In this document: positions 28,857 to 40,260 of the stretch, piece after piece
Layout: every line of letters begins with the position of its first letter
Position numbering within the stretch: the stretch's first letter is position 1
Source: an uncultured Chloroflexia bacterium
Lineage (GTDB): Bacteria > Chloroflexota > Anaerolineae > Anaerolineales > Anaerolineaceae
NCBI GenBank assembly: GCA_963752535.1
Contig: CAVVYT010000003.1
Location: forward strand, 138,032-202,031
Length of the DNA: 64,000 nt
Direction: 5' to 3'
Position numbers and translations under genes: made by a program
The notes under the pieces: generated by a model
What the model was told of the DNA's origin: nothing
Database searches by the model: none
The model's input: only the letters and a program-made list of their open reading frames with translations

Positions 28857-30521
28857 ATGGGTTTAGATTCTGAACAAGTAGCAGAACGAGAAAATCATTT
28901 AGACGGGCTTCAATTTAAAGCGTTCATCGAAGCGGCACTCACATGGCTAAAAGCCAACCAACAATTGGTCAATTCGTTGAATGTATTTCCTGTACCTGAT
29001 GGCGACACCGGCACGAATATGGTGTTGACCATGCAATCGGCTTTCAACGAAATTGCCAATTCGGAAGAAAAAAACCTGGGGAAAATGGTCCACCTACTGG
29101 CGCAGGGGGCGTTGATGGGCGCACGCGGGAACTCGGGCGTCATCTTATCGCAGCTCTGGCGAGGTTTTGCCCGTGGTTTGGATAATTTCGAAACGGCGGA
29201 CGCAGTTTTGCTCGCGACTGCCCTTGAAGAAGCCCGCAACACCGCTTATAAAGGCGTTGTAAAGCCAGTAGAAGGCACGATCCTGACTGTCGCCACCGAT
29301 ATTGCCCGTCGAGCCAAAGAAGTCGCAGCCAATACCAGCAATCCAGAAAGTATGCTGGATGAGATCGTGATCGCAGCCGATGATTCTGTTCGCCGAACAC
29401 CAGATCTGTTACCGATCCTGAAACAGGCTGGCGTTGTCGATTCCGGTGGGAAAGGCTTATTCATCCTGCTGGAAGGAATTCAGCGCCATATCCGAAACCA
29501 ATCCCTGGAAACACCACTTGGGACAATTCAACCACTCTCACAGATGAACCTCGAGGGAGCCATGGAAGCCGTCGAACCCGGGCAGGATTACGAAGTTGTG
29601 GTGGATTTTAAACCTCATAAGCCCCTTGTTCTGGATGATTTCTACAAGGACTTGAGTGAGATAGGTACCTCCATCCAGGTTGGTGAAGGCGAAGGTTTCT
29701 ACCGGATGCACATACACGTCCCCACCGAGAAAAGATATCAACCCATCGATTACACCATGTCCATCGGGACAATCACCAAAGTGGCAATGGAAAACCTGAT
29801 CGCGCAAATGGATGACCAAGCTGCCGATCAAAACGTGAAATTATCATTGACCCCGGTTGAACCGGGTCAAATTGCAGTCATCGCTGTCAGCCCAGGGCCA
29901 GGATTATCCAAGATCTTCGCCAGCCTCGGTGTGGCTGCCATCGTGGATGGCGGTCAGACCATGAACCCGAGCACCGAAGAGATCCTCAAATCATTTGAAG
30001 ATCTTCCGACAGATCGAATTATCATCCTGCCAAATAATAAGAATATCATCCTGGCAGCGCAGACCGCCGCATCGGTGAGTGTGAAGCATGTGTCCGTCAT
30101 CCCGTCCAAAAATATTCCCCAGGGACTATCCGCTCTACTGCATCTGAATCCGGATGGCGACCTGGAGCAGATCGTAAAAGACATGACCGGATCTCTGGAC
30201 GATGTGGAAGCGGGTGAGATTACGACAGCTACCAGATCGGTTCAGATCAATGACGTGGATGTGGAAGAAGGTCAGGTCATCGCCATCCATAATGGCCAGT
30301 TGATCCATTCCTCACAATCCCTGGAAGAAGCACTGCTCCAATTCCTGCAGGCGGCTGATACCGAAGACCGTGAACGGATCACTCTCTTCTACGGTTCAGG
30401 TATCAAAAGAGCCGAAGTCGATACGCTGGTCGAAAAGATCCAGGAAAAATATCCGAAGCATGAGATCGAAATCCACTCAGGTGGGCAGCCTTATTACCAA
30501 TTCATTATCTCTGTAGAATAA
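28857..30521 (+). CDS. yloV: DAK2-domain fusion protein YloV
   Basis: NVFPVPDGDTGTNM and GARGNSGVILSQ DAK2 motifs plus a DegV-like C-terminal region. 554 aa. Confidence 0.9.
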   Translation: MGLDSEQVAERENHLDGLQFKAFIEAALTWLKANQQLVNSLNVFPVPDGDTGTNMVLTMQSAFNEIANSEEKNLGKMVHLLAQGALMGARGNSGVILSQLWRGFARGLDNFETADAVLLATALEEARNTAYKGVVKPVEGTILTVATDIARRAKEVAANTSNPESMLDEIVIAADDSVRRTPDLLPILKQAGVVDSGGKGLFILLEGIQRHIRNQSLETPLGTIQPLSQMNLEGAMEAVEPGQDYEVVVDFKPHKPLVLDDFYKDLSEIGTSIQVGEGEGFYRMHIHVPTEKRYQPIDYTMSIGTITKVAMENLIAQMDDQAADQNVKLSLTPVEPGQIAVIAVSPGPGLSKIFASLGVAAIVDGGQTMNPSTEEILKSFEDLPTDRIIILPNNKNIILAAQTAASVSVKHVSVIPSKNIPQGLSALLHLNPDGDLEQIVKDMTGSLDDVEAGEITTATRSVQINDVDVEEGQVIAIHNGQLIHSSQSLEEALLQFLQAADTEDRERITLFYGSGIKRAEVDTLVEKIQEKYPKHEIEIHSGGQPYYQFIISVE

Positions 30522-30522
30522 C

Positions 30523-31380
30523 ATGCCAAATACCTGCATCCTGACTGACAACTCTGCGCAATTCACACGGCACAGTTTGACAGGGAGAAACCTTGTTCAT
30601 ACGGTGCCATTCCATATCAAATACAATGACAGCCATGACGATGGCGATCCAGTCTTAAAGATCAGTCATTTCCCGGTCAGCAAGATCGGCGGGAACTTAC
30701 CTGAACTCGACCCACCTACGGTGGACGATTTTATCAATGCGATCCGGACCGCCAATCAGTCGTTTAGCCAGATCATCGCGGTGATCATGTCCAGCCACCT
30801 TTCACAGGCGTACCACAACCTGGAGGTGGCAGTACATCAAACCCGCGGAAATTCCCAGGTTCAGATGATCGATTTGCAAACCACTGGTCTTGGATTGGGT
30901 TATCTTGTCCAGCAGGCGATAGATCTGGCAGCCAGAAATGTCAATCCATCCGAAATTGAATACCGAATCAGGGGCCAGATCCCGCATATCTATTCCCAGG
31001 TCTGCCTTCCCAACCTGACATACCTTCAGGGAACCCGTCTGATCGATTATCCGCAGGCGGTCGCCGGCGAGATGCTCTCGATCCTGCCAGTTTTTTCTTT
31101 TGAAGAAGGAAAACTTGTCTCGATTGAAAAGGTAAAAACCTTTCGTCATCTGGTGGATAACTTCCAGGAATTTTTGGATGAATTTAGTGAACTGGACTAT
31201 ATAGCCGTGATGCAAAGCGTCCCGCCGACTTTACAGGAATCCAGAAGTCTAAAAGAACACGCCAGCATCAATTTCCCAAAGACGCCATTCAGCGAGCACA
31301 GCATCAATCCGGTGATTGCCGCCCTTTTCGGCCCGCGCAGTGTAGGGATCTTCGCGATGGAGAAACCAGACGCGATCTGA
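30523..31380 (+). CDS. DegV-family (fatty acid-binding) protein, divergent
   Basis: 285 aa with ILTDNSAQF at the N-terminus. Size and position after yloV fit DegV. The sequence is divergent, so confidence is moderate. Confidence 0.65.
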   Translation: MPNTCILTDNSAQFTRHSLTGRNLVHTVPFHIKYNDSHDDGDPVLKISHFPVSKIGGNLPELDPPTVDDFINAIRTANQSFSQIIAVIMSSHLSQAYHNLEVAVHQTRGNSQVQMIDLQTTGLGLGYLVQQAIDLAARNVNPSEIEYRIRGQIPHIYSQVCLPNLTYLQGTRLIDYPQAVAGEMLSILPVFSFEEGKLVSIEKVKTFRHLVDNFQEFLDEFSELDYIAVMQSVPPTLQESRSLKEHASINFPKTPFSEHSINPVIAALFGPRSVGIFAMEKPDAI

Positions 31381-31520
31381 TCGTTCCCCTCTCCATCTGA
31401 ATTGGACGGTTCGTTGACTCGGCGTGGGCCAGTCATGTCGCTCCGATCTGTAATAATCTTCCTCAAAATCATTACCTTTTTGTAGAATCTCGTTTAGGTG
31501 GATTAGGGTAAAATGGAGCT

Positions 31521-33991
31521 ATGCAGCCATCGATTGAGAAAATCCTCAAATTCTTAAACTGGAGATCGAACGTGGTTACGATAACCGCGCCGTAGTTGGT
31601 GGTCTTGAACGGGTGTTGCCGATCTGGGAAACAGAAGCCAGAGTGGAAAAAATACCCGAGGAAGCCATCATCAAAACCCGGGAATTAATTGCCGAATATA
31701 CACTGAATACGGAAGAACGTGCTCAGACCATCAAGACACTCTGGCAGGAATTAACCAATTTATCGCAAGGTAAAACGCCTGCCTTTCCGGTTGAAAAAAC
31801 CCAGCCGGCGACCACTCCCCCTGTCAGACCTGACCAAAGTAAACCTAAAGCAACCCCGGTCAATTATCCCCCTTCAAGCAAGACTCCATCACGCGTCGAC
31901 CAGAATTCTCCTAGAATTGGCTTGAATGCGCCCCTCACCGTTGTGCAGGGGGTGGGAGCCAAACACGCGGAGACATTAGCCGGTTTGGGGTTATACACGC
32001 TGGAAGATTTGCTTTATTACTTCCCACGCCGCTATGATGATTATTCACAACTCAAGCCGATCAATCAGCTCTTCTATGGCGAAGACGTCACGATCATCGG
32101 CGCCATTACTTCGGTGACGACCCGTCCGATCAAAGGCGGAAGCTCGCATATCATCGAAGCGGTTCTCACAGATGGAACGGGGAGTCTCCGATTGACCTGG
32201 TTTAACCAGATTTGGATCGCCAATCGCTTGAAGGCCGGCATGCAGGTGGTTGTCTCCGGTCGAGTGGACCAGTATCTGGGCCGATTGATGATGAGCAGTC
32301 CGGAATGGGAGCAATTGGAGCAGGAACAATTGCACACCAACCGGATTGTGCCTGTTTATTCGTTGACCTCCAGCATCACCCAAAAATGGCTGAGGCGTCT
32401 TCAGTATCAAACGGTTCAATATTGGGCTAATCAGATCGATGACTTTCTACCGGATCAAATTCGAACCGGATACCATCTTCCGGATCTGGGATCCGCGCTC
32501 AAGGAAATTCACTTCCCCACCGGGCATGAATCCCTCAGTTCCGCACGGAAACGCCTGGCTTTTGATGAGATTTTTCTGTTGCAATTGGGTGTATTAAAGC
32601 AAAAACGAGCCTGGAAAAGCGCCACTGCTGTCACATTCGCCACTCCTGAAGACCAGTGGAAAACCTGGTTGGATCGTCTGCCTTATGAATTAACTGGTGC
32701 TCAGCAGAAAGTCCTGGAAGAGATCCGGGAAGATCTGCAAACCGGGCAACCGATGAACCGCCTCCTTCAGGGTGATGTCGGATCGGGTAAAACCGTCGTG
32801 GCTGCACTGGCGATGGCGATGGTTCTCACAAATGAAGGCCAGACGGCGCTGATGGCGCCGACCAGCATACTGGCCGAACAACATTATCGCAGCATTTCCC
32901 GTCTCCTGGCCGGAGATGAAAAACCGAATCCGATCCTTAAACCCGAGGAAATCCGCCTTCTCATTGGTGATACCAAAGCAGCCGAGAAAGAATCCATTCG
33001 GAAAGAACTGGCCGAAGGAACGATCAAGCTCATCATCGGTACGCATGCCCTGATCGAAGATCCAATGGTCTTCAAAAATCTCCAGATGGTGGTGGTGGAT
33101 GAGCAGCATCGGTTTGGTGTGGAACAACGCGCCCTGCTGCGCGCAAAAGGAACCAATCCTCACCTGTTGGTGATGACCGCCACACCCATTCCTCGATCTC
33201 TGGCTTTGACGGTCTATGGTGATCTGGACCTCTCCGTTATGGATGAATTTCCGGCCGGACGGCAGATCATCGATACGCAGGTGCTTTATCCACGGGAACG
33301 CGAGACAGCGTATCGCCGAATCGAATCCCAGGTGGATGCGGGCCGGCAGGCGTTCATCATCTATCCCCTGGTTGAACAGGGTGATAATGATGAAGCCAAA
33401 GCGGCTGTGGAAGAATGCGCCCGATTGCAGAAAGAAGTATTCCGCCATTACCGTCTGGGTTTGCTCCATGGAAGACTGAAACAGGAAGAAAAAGACCAGG
33501 TGATGAGCCAGTTCCGCAACCAGGAATTGGATATTCTCGTGTCCACTTCGGTAGTTGAGGTAGGCGTGGACATCCCGAATGCCACCATCATGCTGGTCGA
33601 AGGCGCGAACCGCTTCGGTCTGGCTCAACTGCACCAATTCCGAGGTCGGGTGGGTAGGGGTGAGCATAAATCCTTCTGCCTGCTGATACCTGAAACGGAG
33701 AATGCAGCCGACAACGAACGATTGAAAGCCATGGTGGAAACCAACGACGGATTCGTCCTCGCGGAAAAAGATCTCGAACAGCGCGGTCCGGGAGATTTCC
33801 TCGGCACTCGCCAGGCTGGATTTTCGGATTTGCGTCTCGCATCTCTGACAGATGTCAGATTAATTGAGAAAGCGCGTGAAGCGGCTCTCGGTTTATTCGA
33901 AGAAGACCCGGAAATTGCCCTACCAAAGCATGTACCATTAGCCCAAACCCTCCAAAGATTCTGGAAGGTTGGGAAAGGAGATATCAGCTAA
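31521..33991 (+). pseudogene. recG: ATP-dependent DNA helicase RecG, 1 frameshift near the N-terminus as assembled
   Basis: Helicase motifs GDVGSGKT, DEQHRFGV, MTATPIPR and QLHQFRGRVGRG. The ORF-track start (GTG 31613) is internal. MQPSIEKILK (ATG 31521) joins LKLEIERGYDNRAVVGGLERVLPIWE after a 1-nt shift around 31545..31560. Confidence 0.9.
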
Positions 33992-33994
33992 GCC

Positions 33995-34519
33995 ATGGTC
34001 AAAGCAGTGTTCCCCGGTACGTTTGATCCAATCCATTACGGTCACATCGATATCGCTCTGCGGGCCAGCCGCCTGTTCGATGAAGTCGTCGTGGCGGTAT
34101 TTGACAGGCCATTGAAGAATCTATTATTCTCCCCCGAAGAAAGATTGAGCTTCGTCCGAACGGCTTTCGAAAAGGAGAAGAAGATCACGGTGATGGGGTA
34201 CAGCGGTTTGACGGTGAGCTTTTGCCGGGCTATCGGCGCTCAAACCATCGTCCGCGGACTGCGGGTATTCAGTGATTTCGAGCATGAATTCAGGATGGCG
34301 TTGGCAAATCACCGCCTGGCCCCGGATATCGAAGTCGTCGCCCTCATCACCAGTGACGAACACACATTTCTCTCTTCCACGACCGTCCGTGAGATCGCAT
34401 CCCTGGGTGGAGATATATCCAGCATGGTGCCACCTTACGTCGGTAAGGCCATGGGTAAGAAATTTTTGGAGTTAGGAAAAGACCAGACCGTCGTCCCTTT
34501 AACCGCGCTTCGTGATTAA
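33995..34519 (+). CDS. coaD: Phosphopantetheine adenylyltransferase
   Basis: FPGTFDPIHYGHIDI nucleotidyltransferase motif. 174 aa. Confidence 0.9.
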   Translation: MVKAVFPGTFDPIHYGHIDIALRASRLFDEVVVAVFDRPLKNLLFSPEERLSFVRTAFEKEKKITVMGYSGLTVSFCRAIGAQTIVRGLRVFSDFEHEFRMALANHRLAPDIEVVALITSDEHTFLSSTTVREIASLGGDISSMVPPYVGKAMGKKFLELGKDQTVVPLTALRD

Positions 34520-34596
34520 GCGATTTCCAAAGGTCTCTTTTTGATTGGCTCGTTAATTGCAACATACCCGAAAGCGTTTTTGGAGGAGGAACTTCA

Positions 34597-35065
34597 ATGG
34601 ATATTCAACATCTGATCGATCGTTTGGAAGAGCTTTTTAATGAAAGTCGAGGTATTCCACTTACCCACAGCGTGGTAATTGATGAAGACCGATTTCTGGA
34701 TATTATCGACCAGATGCGGGTATCTATTCCGGAAGAGATCAAAAAAGCGCAGCAGGTTCTGGTTCAGCGCGATCGAGTCCTTGCCCAGGCGCAGGAAGAA
34801 GCCAATCGAACCATTGCCCTGGCTCGCGATAAAGGCGAACAGTTGATCTCCAAAGATGTCGATTTCAGATTCAGCGCGAAAACAGGCCGAGGAGATCATT
34901 GGACAGGCTCAGCGCGAAGCGGACGCTGCCCGCAAGGAAGCCGATGAATATGTCGTCGAAACGCTGACCCGGCTTGAGATGGAAATGGACCGCAATCTGA
35001 GTCAGGTCCGCAATGGCATCAAAGCCCTGCAGGCGGAACATCGCAGCCGAACGACTGCCCAATAA
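34597..35065 (+). pseudogene. Coiled-coil hypothetical protein (ATPase subunit b/H-like), 1 frameshift as assembled
   Basis: Fragments 34597..34947 and 34856..35065 join at ~34860 (...GEQLISKD|ISDSARKQAEEIIGQAQREAD...). Charged heptad-like sequence; no firm family call. Confidence 0.5.
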
Positions 35066-35092
35066 TCCTGTAACCGTTCCTTAACTGATAAA

Positions 35093-35130
35093 CAAACCCC
35101 TCCGATTGGAGGGGTTTGTTATTTTATTTA
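35093..35130 (+). terminator. Intrinsic terminator between convergent genes
   Basis: Stem CAAACCCCTCC, loop GATT, stem GGAGGGGTTTG, followed by a T-rich tract. Confidence 0.8.
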
Positions 35131-35136
35131 AGCTCT

Positions 35137-37664
35137 TCAGTGGGTGCAGGAGCGGGAGTGGATTTCTTCCTGGTTGGCCGTTTCGGTTTTCTGGGAGTGA
35201 TCTTGATCGGTTTGGATCGCCTTTTCATGCAGAGCCACTTTGATCACCTGATCCATATGGGTCACCGGAATGATTTCCAGATCCTGACTGGCTTTCTTGG
35301 GAATATCCGACAGGTCCTTGATATTCCGTTCAGGAATGAGGATCCGTCTTGATATTGGCCCGGTGCGCAGCCAGTACCTTCTCGCGAATACCGCCAACTG
35401 GTAGTACCCGACCGCTGAGGGTGATCTCACCCGGTCATCGCCACGGTCTTGTACACTTCCCGTCGGGTGAATGCGGAGATCATCGCGGTTGCCAGGGTAA
35501 TTCCGGCGGAGGGACCATCCTTGGGGATGGCGCCTTCCGGAATATGGACATGAATATCCAATCGTTCAAAGAGAATGGGATTAATTTTCAGGTCGCGTGC
35601 CTTTGATTTCAGATAGGACAATGCCGCCTGACCGGATTCCTGCATGACCTCACCGATCTGACCGGTGATCTGCAGCCCGCCCTTGCCTTCAAAGATCAAG
35701 ACTTCCACGGGCATGATATCCCCGCCTGATTCTGTCCAGGCCATGGCAGTCGCCACACCCACTTCGTCCTGCTTTTCTGCTTCCGTCGCAAAGAATTGCG
35801 GCGGACCAAGGAATTTGTCCACCGATGGGGCTGGTGATCTGCTTGGGATAACGTTTCTTCTGCGATTTCAACCTGGCAATTTTGCGGAAACACCCGCCCG
35901 ATCTCGCGTTCCAGGTTGCGGACGCCCGCCTCATAGGTATACTCACGGATGATCCGGCGAATCGCCTGATCCTGGAAGAACCACTTCTCCGATCTCAATC
36001 CGCTTTCTTCTTCCTGCCTGGGCAGCAGGAACCGGTGAGCGATCTCGAGTTTTTCTTCTTCGATATAGCCCGGGAATTCGATCACTTCCATCCGGTCGAG
36101 CAAAGCCGGCGGGATGGTCGCCAGAGAATTGGCAGTGGTGATGAACATCACCTTGGACAGGTCATACGCCAGTTCGAGATAATGATCTGAGAAGGCATTA
36201 TTCTGTTCCGGGTCGAGCACTTCCAGCAGGGCAGACGAGGGATCGCCGCGAAAATCGGCTCCGAGTTTATCGATCTCATCCAGCATGAACAATGGATTGA
36301 GCGATACCCGCCCGCCTCATGGTTTGCAGAATTCGGCCCGGCATCGCGCCAATATAGGTGCGGCGGTGGCCACGGATTTCGGCTTCGTCCCTCACGCCGC
36401 CCAGTGAAAAACGGACAAATTTCCGTCCCAATGCTTCCGCAATCGATCTTCCCAAGAGAAGTTTTGCCCGTTCCGGGAGGGCCAATAAAACACAGGATGG
36501 GTTGCCGCATCCGTTTTGGCTGCAAACTGCGGACAGCGATATATTCCAGAATTCGGTCTTTGGCGCGCGCCAAGCCATAATGGTTTTCTTCCAGAATCTT
36601 GGCCGCGTGGTTTACATCCAGGTTATCTTCGGTGACACTCGTCCAGGGCAGGTCCAAGGATCCAATCCAGATAGGTCCGAATGATACCCACTTCAGGCGC
36701 CATGGCTGGCATCTGGGTTAGCCGTTCAATTTCTTTGTTCGCCTGCGTGTGCACTTCTTTCGGGAGATTGGCGGTTTCGATCCACTTTGATGCGAATTTC
36801 CGAAATCTCGCGCTGCCAGATATCGCCTTCACCCAATTCGGTCTGGATGGCTTTCATCTGTTCACGCAGATAGAATTCCCGCTGACTGCGGTCCACTTCG
36901 CTCTGAACCCGGCTCTGGATCTCATCCTCAAGCTCCAGTACATCCAGCTCTTCCGCCAGGATATGGTTGATCTTGCGCAAGCGTTCGATCCGGATTAGAT
37001 CATCTGCAACAGGTCCTGTCGCTCTTCAAAATCCAGGGAGAGGGAGGTCGCGATCATATCAGACAACCAACCCGGTTCGTTGATATTCATCGCAAACAGA
37101 TGCGCTTCTTCCGGCAGAGTGCGATCCAACTGCACACAGCGCTCAAACAGATCGCGGGCAGTCCGCATCAATGCGGTCGGTGGGCTTATCCGCTTTCTTG
37201 GTTTCCTCGATCACTCTGGCTTTGGCGATGATGAAGGGTTCCAGTTGTATGAACTCCACCAGCTCCACTCTGCGGCGTCCTTGCACAAGGGCGGAACTGT
37301 TCCCATCCGGCATCGAGAGCAAGCGCCCGACAGCCAGCTCCACTCCCACCGGTAGAAAATCTTTCTGTGTAGGCTGATCGATATCTGGATCGGTTTGAAC
37401 CAGACCGATCATGGTCAGATCTTTTTCCTGCGCGAATTGCACTGCGGTCATCGTGTTGCCAGGCACAATAAAGACTGGTGAGACCATGTGCGGGAATACG
37501 ACCAGGTCGCGTAATGGCAGCACCGCCAGGGTGACGATCCCACTTCGGTTGGGTTTGGCGTTCTTTATCTGGTACAGTTCTTCGGTCCGTTGATGCAACG
37601 CCGCGTTGAAATCCATTTCATCTTCTTCAGGCTGACCTGACCACTGATTATTTCGCATTATCAT
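35137..37664 (-). pseudogene. lon: ATP-dependent protease Lon, about 10 frameshifts as assembled
   Basis: Collinear fragments 37143..37664, 36726..36980, 36623..36832, 36148..36657, 36276..36578, 35696..36292, 35689..35946, 35427..35822 and 35137..35430. Motifs in the expected order: LON N-domain, QREFYLREQMKAIQTELGE, Walker [20 protein letters not shown], and catalytic [10 protein letters not shown]. Confidence 0.9.
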
Positions 37665-37667
37665 TCC

Positions 37668-39044
37668 TTAAGGTTTTCCAGATGTTTTCAGCCATAATTC
37701 CCTGGCGGCCGCTGCCATAAAAATGCTGCCTGCGACGAAGAATCACTTTATCGGTTGCCGCCATTTTCAGCGCTTGTTCAAAGCATCTTCAAACGGCAAG
37801 ATCGCGCTCGCGGGTTTCCCCATCTGGTGGACTAATTGTACTATGGATGAGCGTCCATTGCGCGTGGATGGGTGGTTTGGGTGGCGATCACATCGCTCAC
37901 CCTGGGAAGCAGATCGATCAGCATCCCCTTCACATCTTTGTCTTCCGATGCGCCAAACAGGAGGATGATCTCTTTCCCGGGTAGATAATCATCCAGTGTG
38001 ATGCGTAGCTTCTGGGCTAAATCACGATTATGGGCTGAATCCAAAATGATGATCGGCGATCTTGAGATCACTTCAAACCGGCATTGCCAGACCACCTGCT
38101 GAAAGCCTTGATGGATCGCTTGCTCTGAAACTGGGAAACCTGCCTGTTGGATCTGTTGGAGAGCCAGGAAGGCAGTCGTGGCATTTTCGAGTTGATGCGC
38201 GCCGAGCAGAGGTATGCTGAAATTTCCGGCTGCCATTTGGTAGCCGTTTTCTTTTCCAGGAAGAGATCCATCTGCTGCTGTTGATCGGGCGTCCAGATAT
38301 AAAATGACTGCCCATCCAGACGTGTGCTCGATCGGCGCGTAGAAGACATCGCGTCCCACGATCTTTAATGGGGCATTTTTCTCGGCTGGCAACCCGGATG
38401 ATCTCGTCGAGCGCTTCTCCGGTCTGAGCGGAAGAAACAACCGGTTTGTTGGTTTTGATGATGCCGGCTTTTTCACCTGCAATTTGGGTCAGCGTATTTC
38501 CCAGCACAGCCTGATGGTCGTAGGAGATGGTGGTGATCACCGAGACGATAGGGTCGATCAAATTGGTCGCATCCAGGCGCCCACCCAGGCCCACTTCGAA
38601 AATGGCCAGGTCCACTTTCCTTTTTGCGAAGAAGATCATCGCCAGAGCTGTGGTAATTTCGAAGGTCGTCAGACCAGGCACCTGCGCGATATAAGGCTTT
38701 AGCTGTTCCAGGCTCTCCACAAATTCTTCATGGGTGATTGGAACACCATTGATCTGAATCCGCTCGGTATACTCGATCAGGTGGGGCGACGTGAACAATC
38801 CCACATGATAGTCAGCTTCACGCAGGATGCTGGCCAGCATCGCACAGACCGACCCTTTGCCCTTGGTACCGGTCACATGGATCGTTGGATAATCCAGATG
38901 GGGATCTCCCAATAAGGCAAGAATTTGAACCATCCGGTCGAGATTGAATTTTTCGGGTGAATAGGTCAGTTGTTTTGTCAGACTGAAATCGACGAAACTG
39001 TACAGATAGTCCAATGCCGATTGGTAACGAGCGTCTAGATCCAT
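37668..39044 (-). pseudogene. folC: Dihydrofolate synthase / folylpolyglutamate synthase, at least 3 frameshifts as assembled
   Basis: HVTGTKGKGS P-loop, TSPHL and LLGAHQLENA motifs. Fragments 38073..39044 and 37841..38482, plus a C-terminal tail (LVHQMGKPASAILPFEDALNKA...VAGSIFMAAAARELW) in other frames. TAA stop at 37668, 3 nt upstream of the lon start. Confidence 0.85.
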
Positions 39045-39145
39045 GTGCTATCCTTTTCTAAGCCAAAGAGATTGTACCCGTGCGAAGGATGAATTGCAAG
39101 GTGAGCGTGTGAATGGGATATAATCAATCCAAATTTGAGGATGCC

Positions 39146-39433
39146 ATGCACATTGGAGTGCTCAAAATCCATCTTTATTTGCCGGGTTGCAGCTCTTTGA
39201 AGGAGAAGCGTTCCAGAATCAAACCGATGCAGGAACGGCTTCGGCGGGAATTCAACGTCAGCGTGGCGGAGGTTGACTTTCAGGATATTCATCAAAGCGC
39301 TCTGATCGCCATCGCTCTGGTCAACAACAACCCAGCACTCATACAGGCATCCTTTACGAGCATCGAATCGTGGGTGAAAGATCATTTCAGGGACCTGGAG
39401 ATCCAGGACACCCAATTCGAAATCCTAAACTGA
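39146..39433 (+). CDS. DUF503 (YlxP-like) protein
   Basis: MHIGVLKIHLYLPGCSSLKEKRSRIKPM... is typical of DUF503. Start moved to the internal ATG 39146. Confidence 0.75.
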   Translation: MHIGVLKIHLYLPGCSSLKEKRSRIKPMQERLRREFNVSVAEVDFQDIHQSALIAIALVNNNPALIQASFTSIESWVKDHFRDLEIQDTQFEILN

Positions 39434-39437
39434 GGAC

Positions 39438-40237
39438 ATGACCATGGATCTGGGATTAAACGGAAGCAGGGCACTGGTAACCGGTGCGAGTATGGGGTTG
39501 GGATTGGCAGTCGCCAGGACCCTTCTTCAAGAAGGTGTTCAGGTTGTACTAAATAGCCGCAAGCAGGCGAATTTGGATTTGGCTGGCGAGAGCCTGATAA
39601 AGGAAGGCTTGAGGCCCGCGGGTTTGATAGCGGGCGATCTGAGCCAAAAGGATGTCCCGGGGCAGGTCATCGCGAGAAACTGTTTCCGTACTTGGCGGAC
39701 TTGATCTGCTGGTCACGAATACCGGCGGACCCAAGACCGGGAAATTTGATAGCCTGACCGATGAAGACTGGTCACAGGCATTGAATTTGTGCCTGATGAG
39801 TCATGTTCGATTAATTCAGGGAGCGCTCCCGTATCTGGCGAAAGTCCAGCATGGCCAGCATCCTGACCGTGACCTCCATCTCCGCCAAGCAACCCATCCC
39901 CAACCTGATCCTCTCCAACACTATCCGGGCAGGCGTCCTGGGATTAACGAAATCGCTCGCGCTGGAGCTTGCCCCGCAGAAGATCCGGGTCAATTCGATC
40001 CTGCCTTCCTGGACCGTGACCGAAAGGGCGGTAGAATTAATCCGCTCGCGTGCTGGAAGCAATCAAACCTCCTTCGAAATTGAAATGGAGAAACAGCGCA
40101 GCGCCTCTCCACTGGGGCGGCTGGCTGAACCGGAGGAATTTGCCCGCTCTGCGGTATTCATCCTCTCCCCCGCGGCATCTTATCTTACAGGTATCATGCT
40201 CAGCGTGGATGGTGGAACATATAAAGGTATATTATAG
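39438..40237 (+). pseudogene. Short-chain dehydrogenase/reductase (FabG-like), 2 frameshifts as assembled
   Basis: TGASMGLGLAVA Rossmann motif, then LLVTNTGGP, and a C-terminal SNTIRAGVLGLTKSLALELAPQKIRVNSILP...SYLTGIMLSVDGG. Junctions at ~39690 and ~39850. Confidence 0.8.
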
Positions 40238-40260
40238 GTACCCGTTTGAATTCTGAAATC

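Noticed and set aside
32690-33667. 325-aa minus-strand ORF
   Set aside because: It lies entirely antisense to the recG helicase core, whose motifs are unambiguous. Its translation is His/Arg/Phe-rich and not protein-like.
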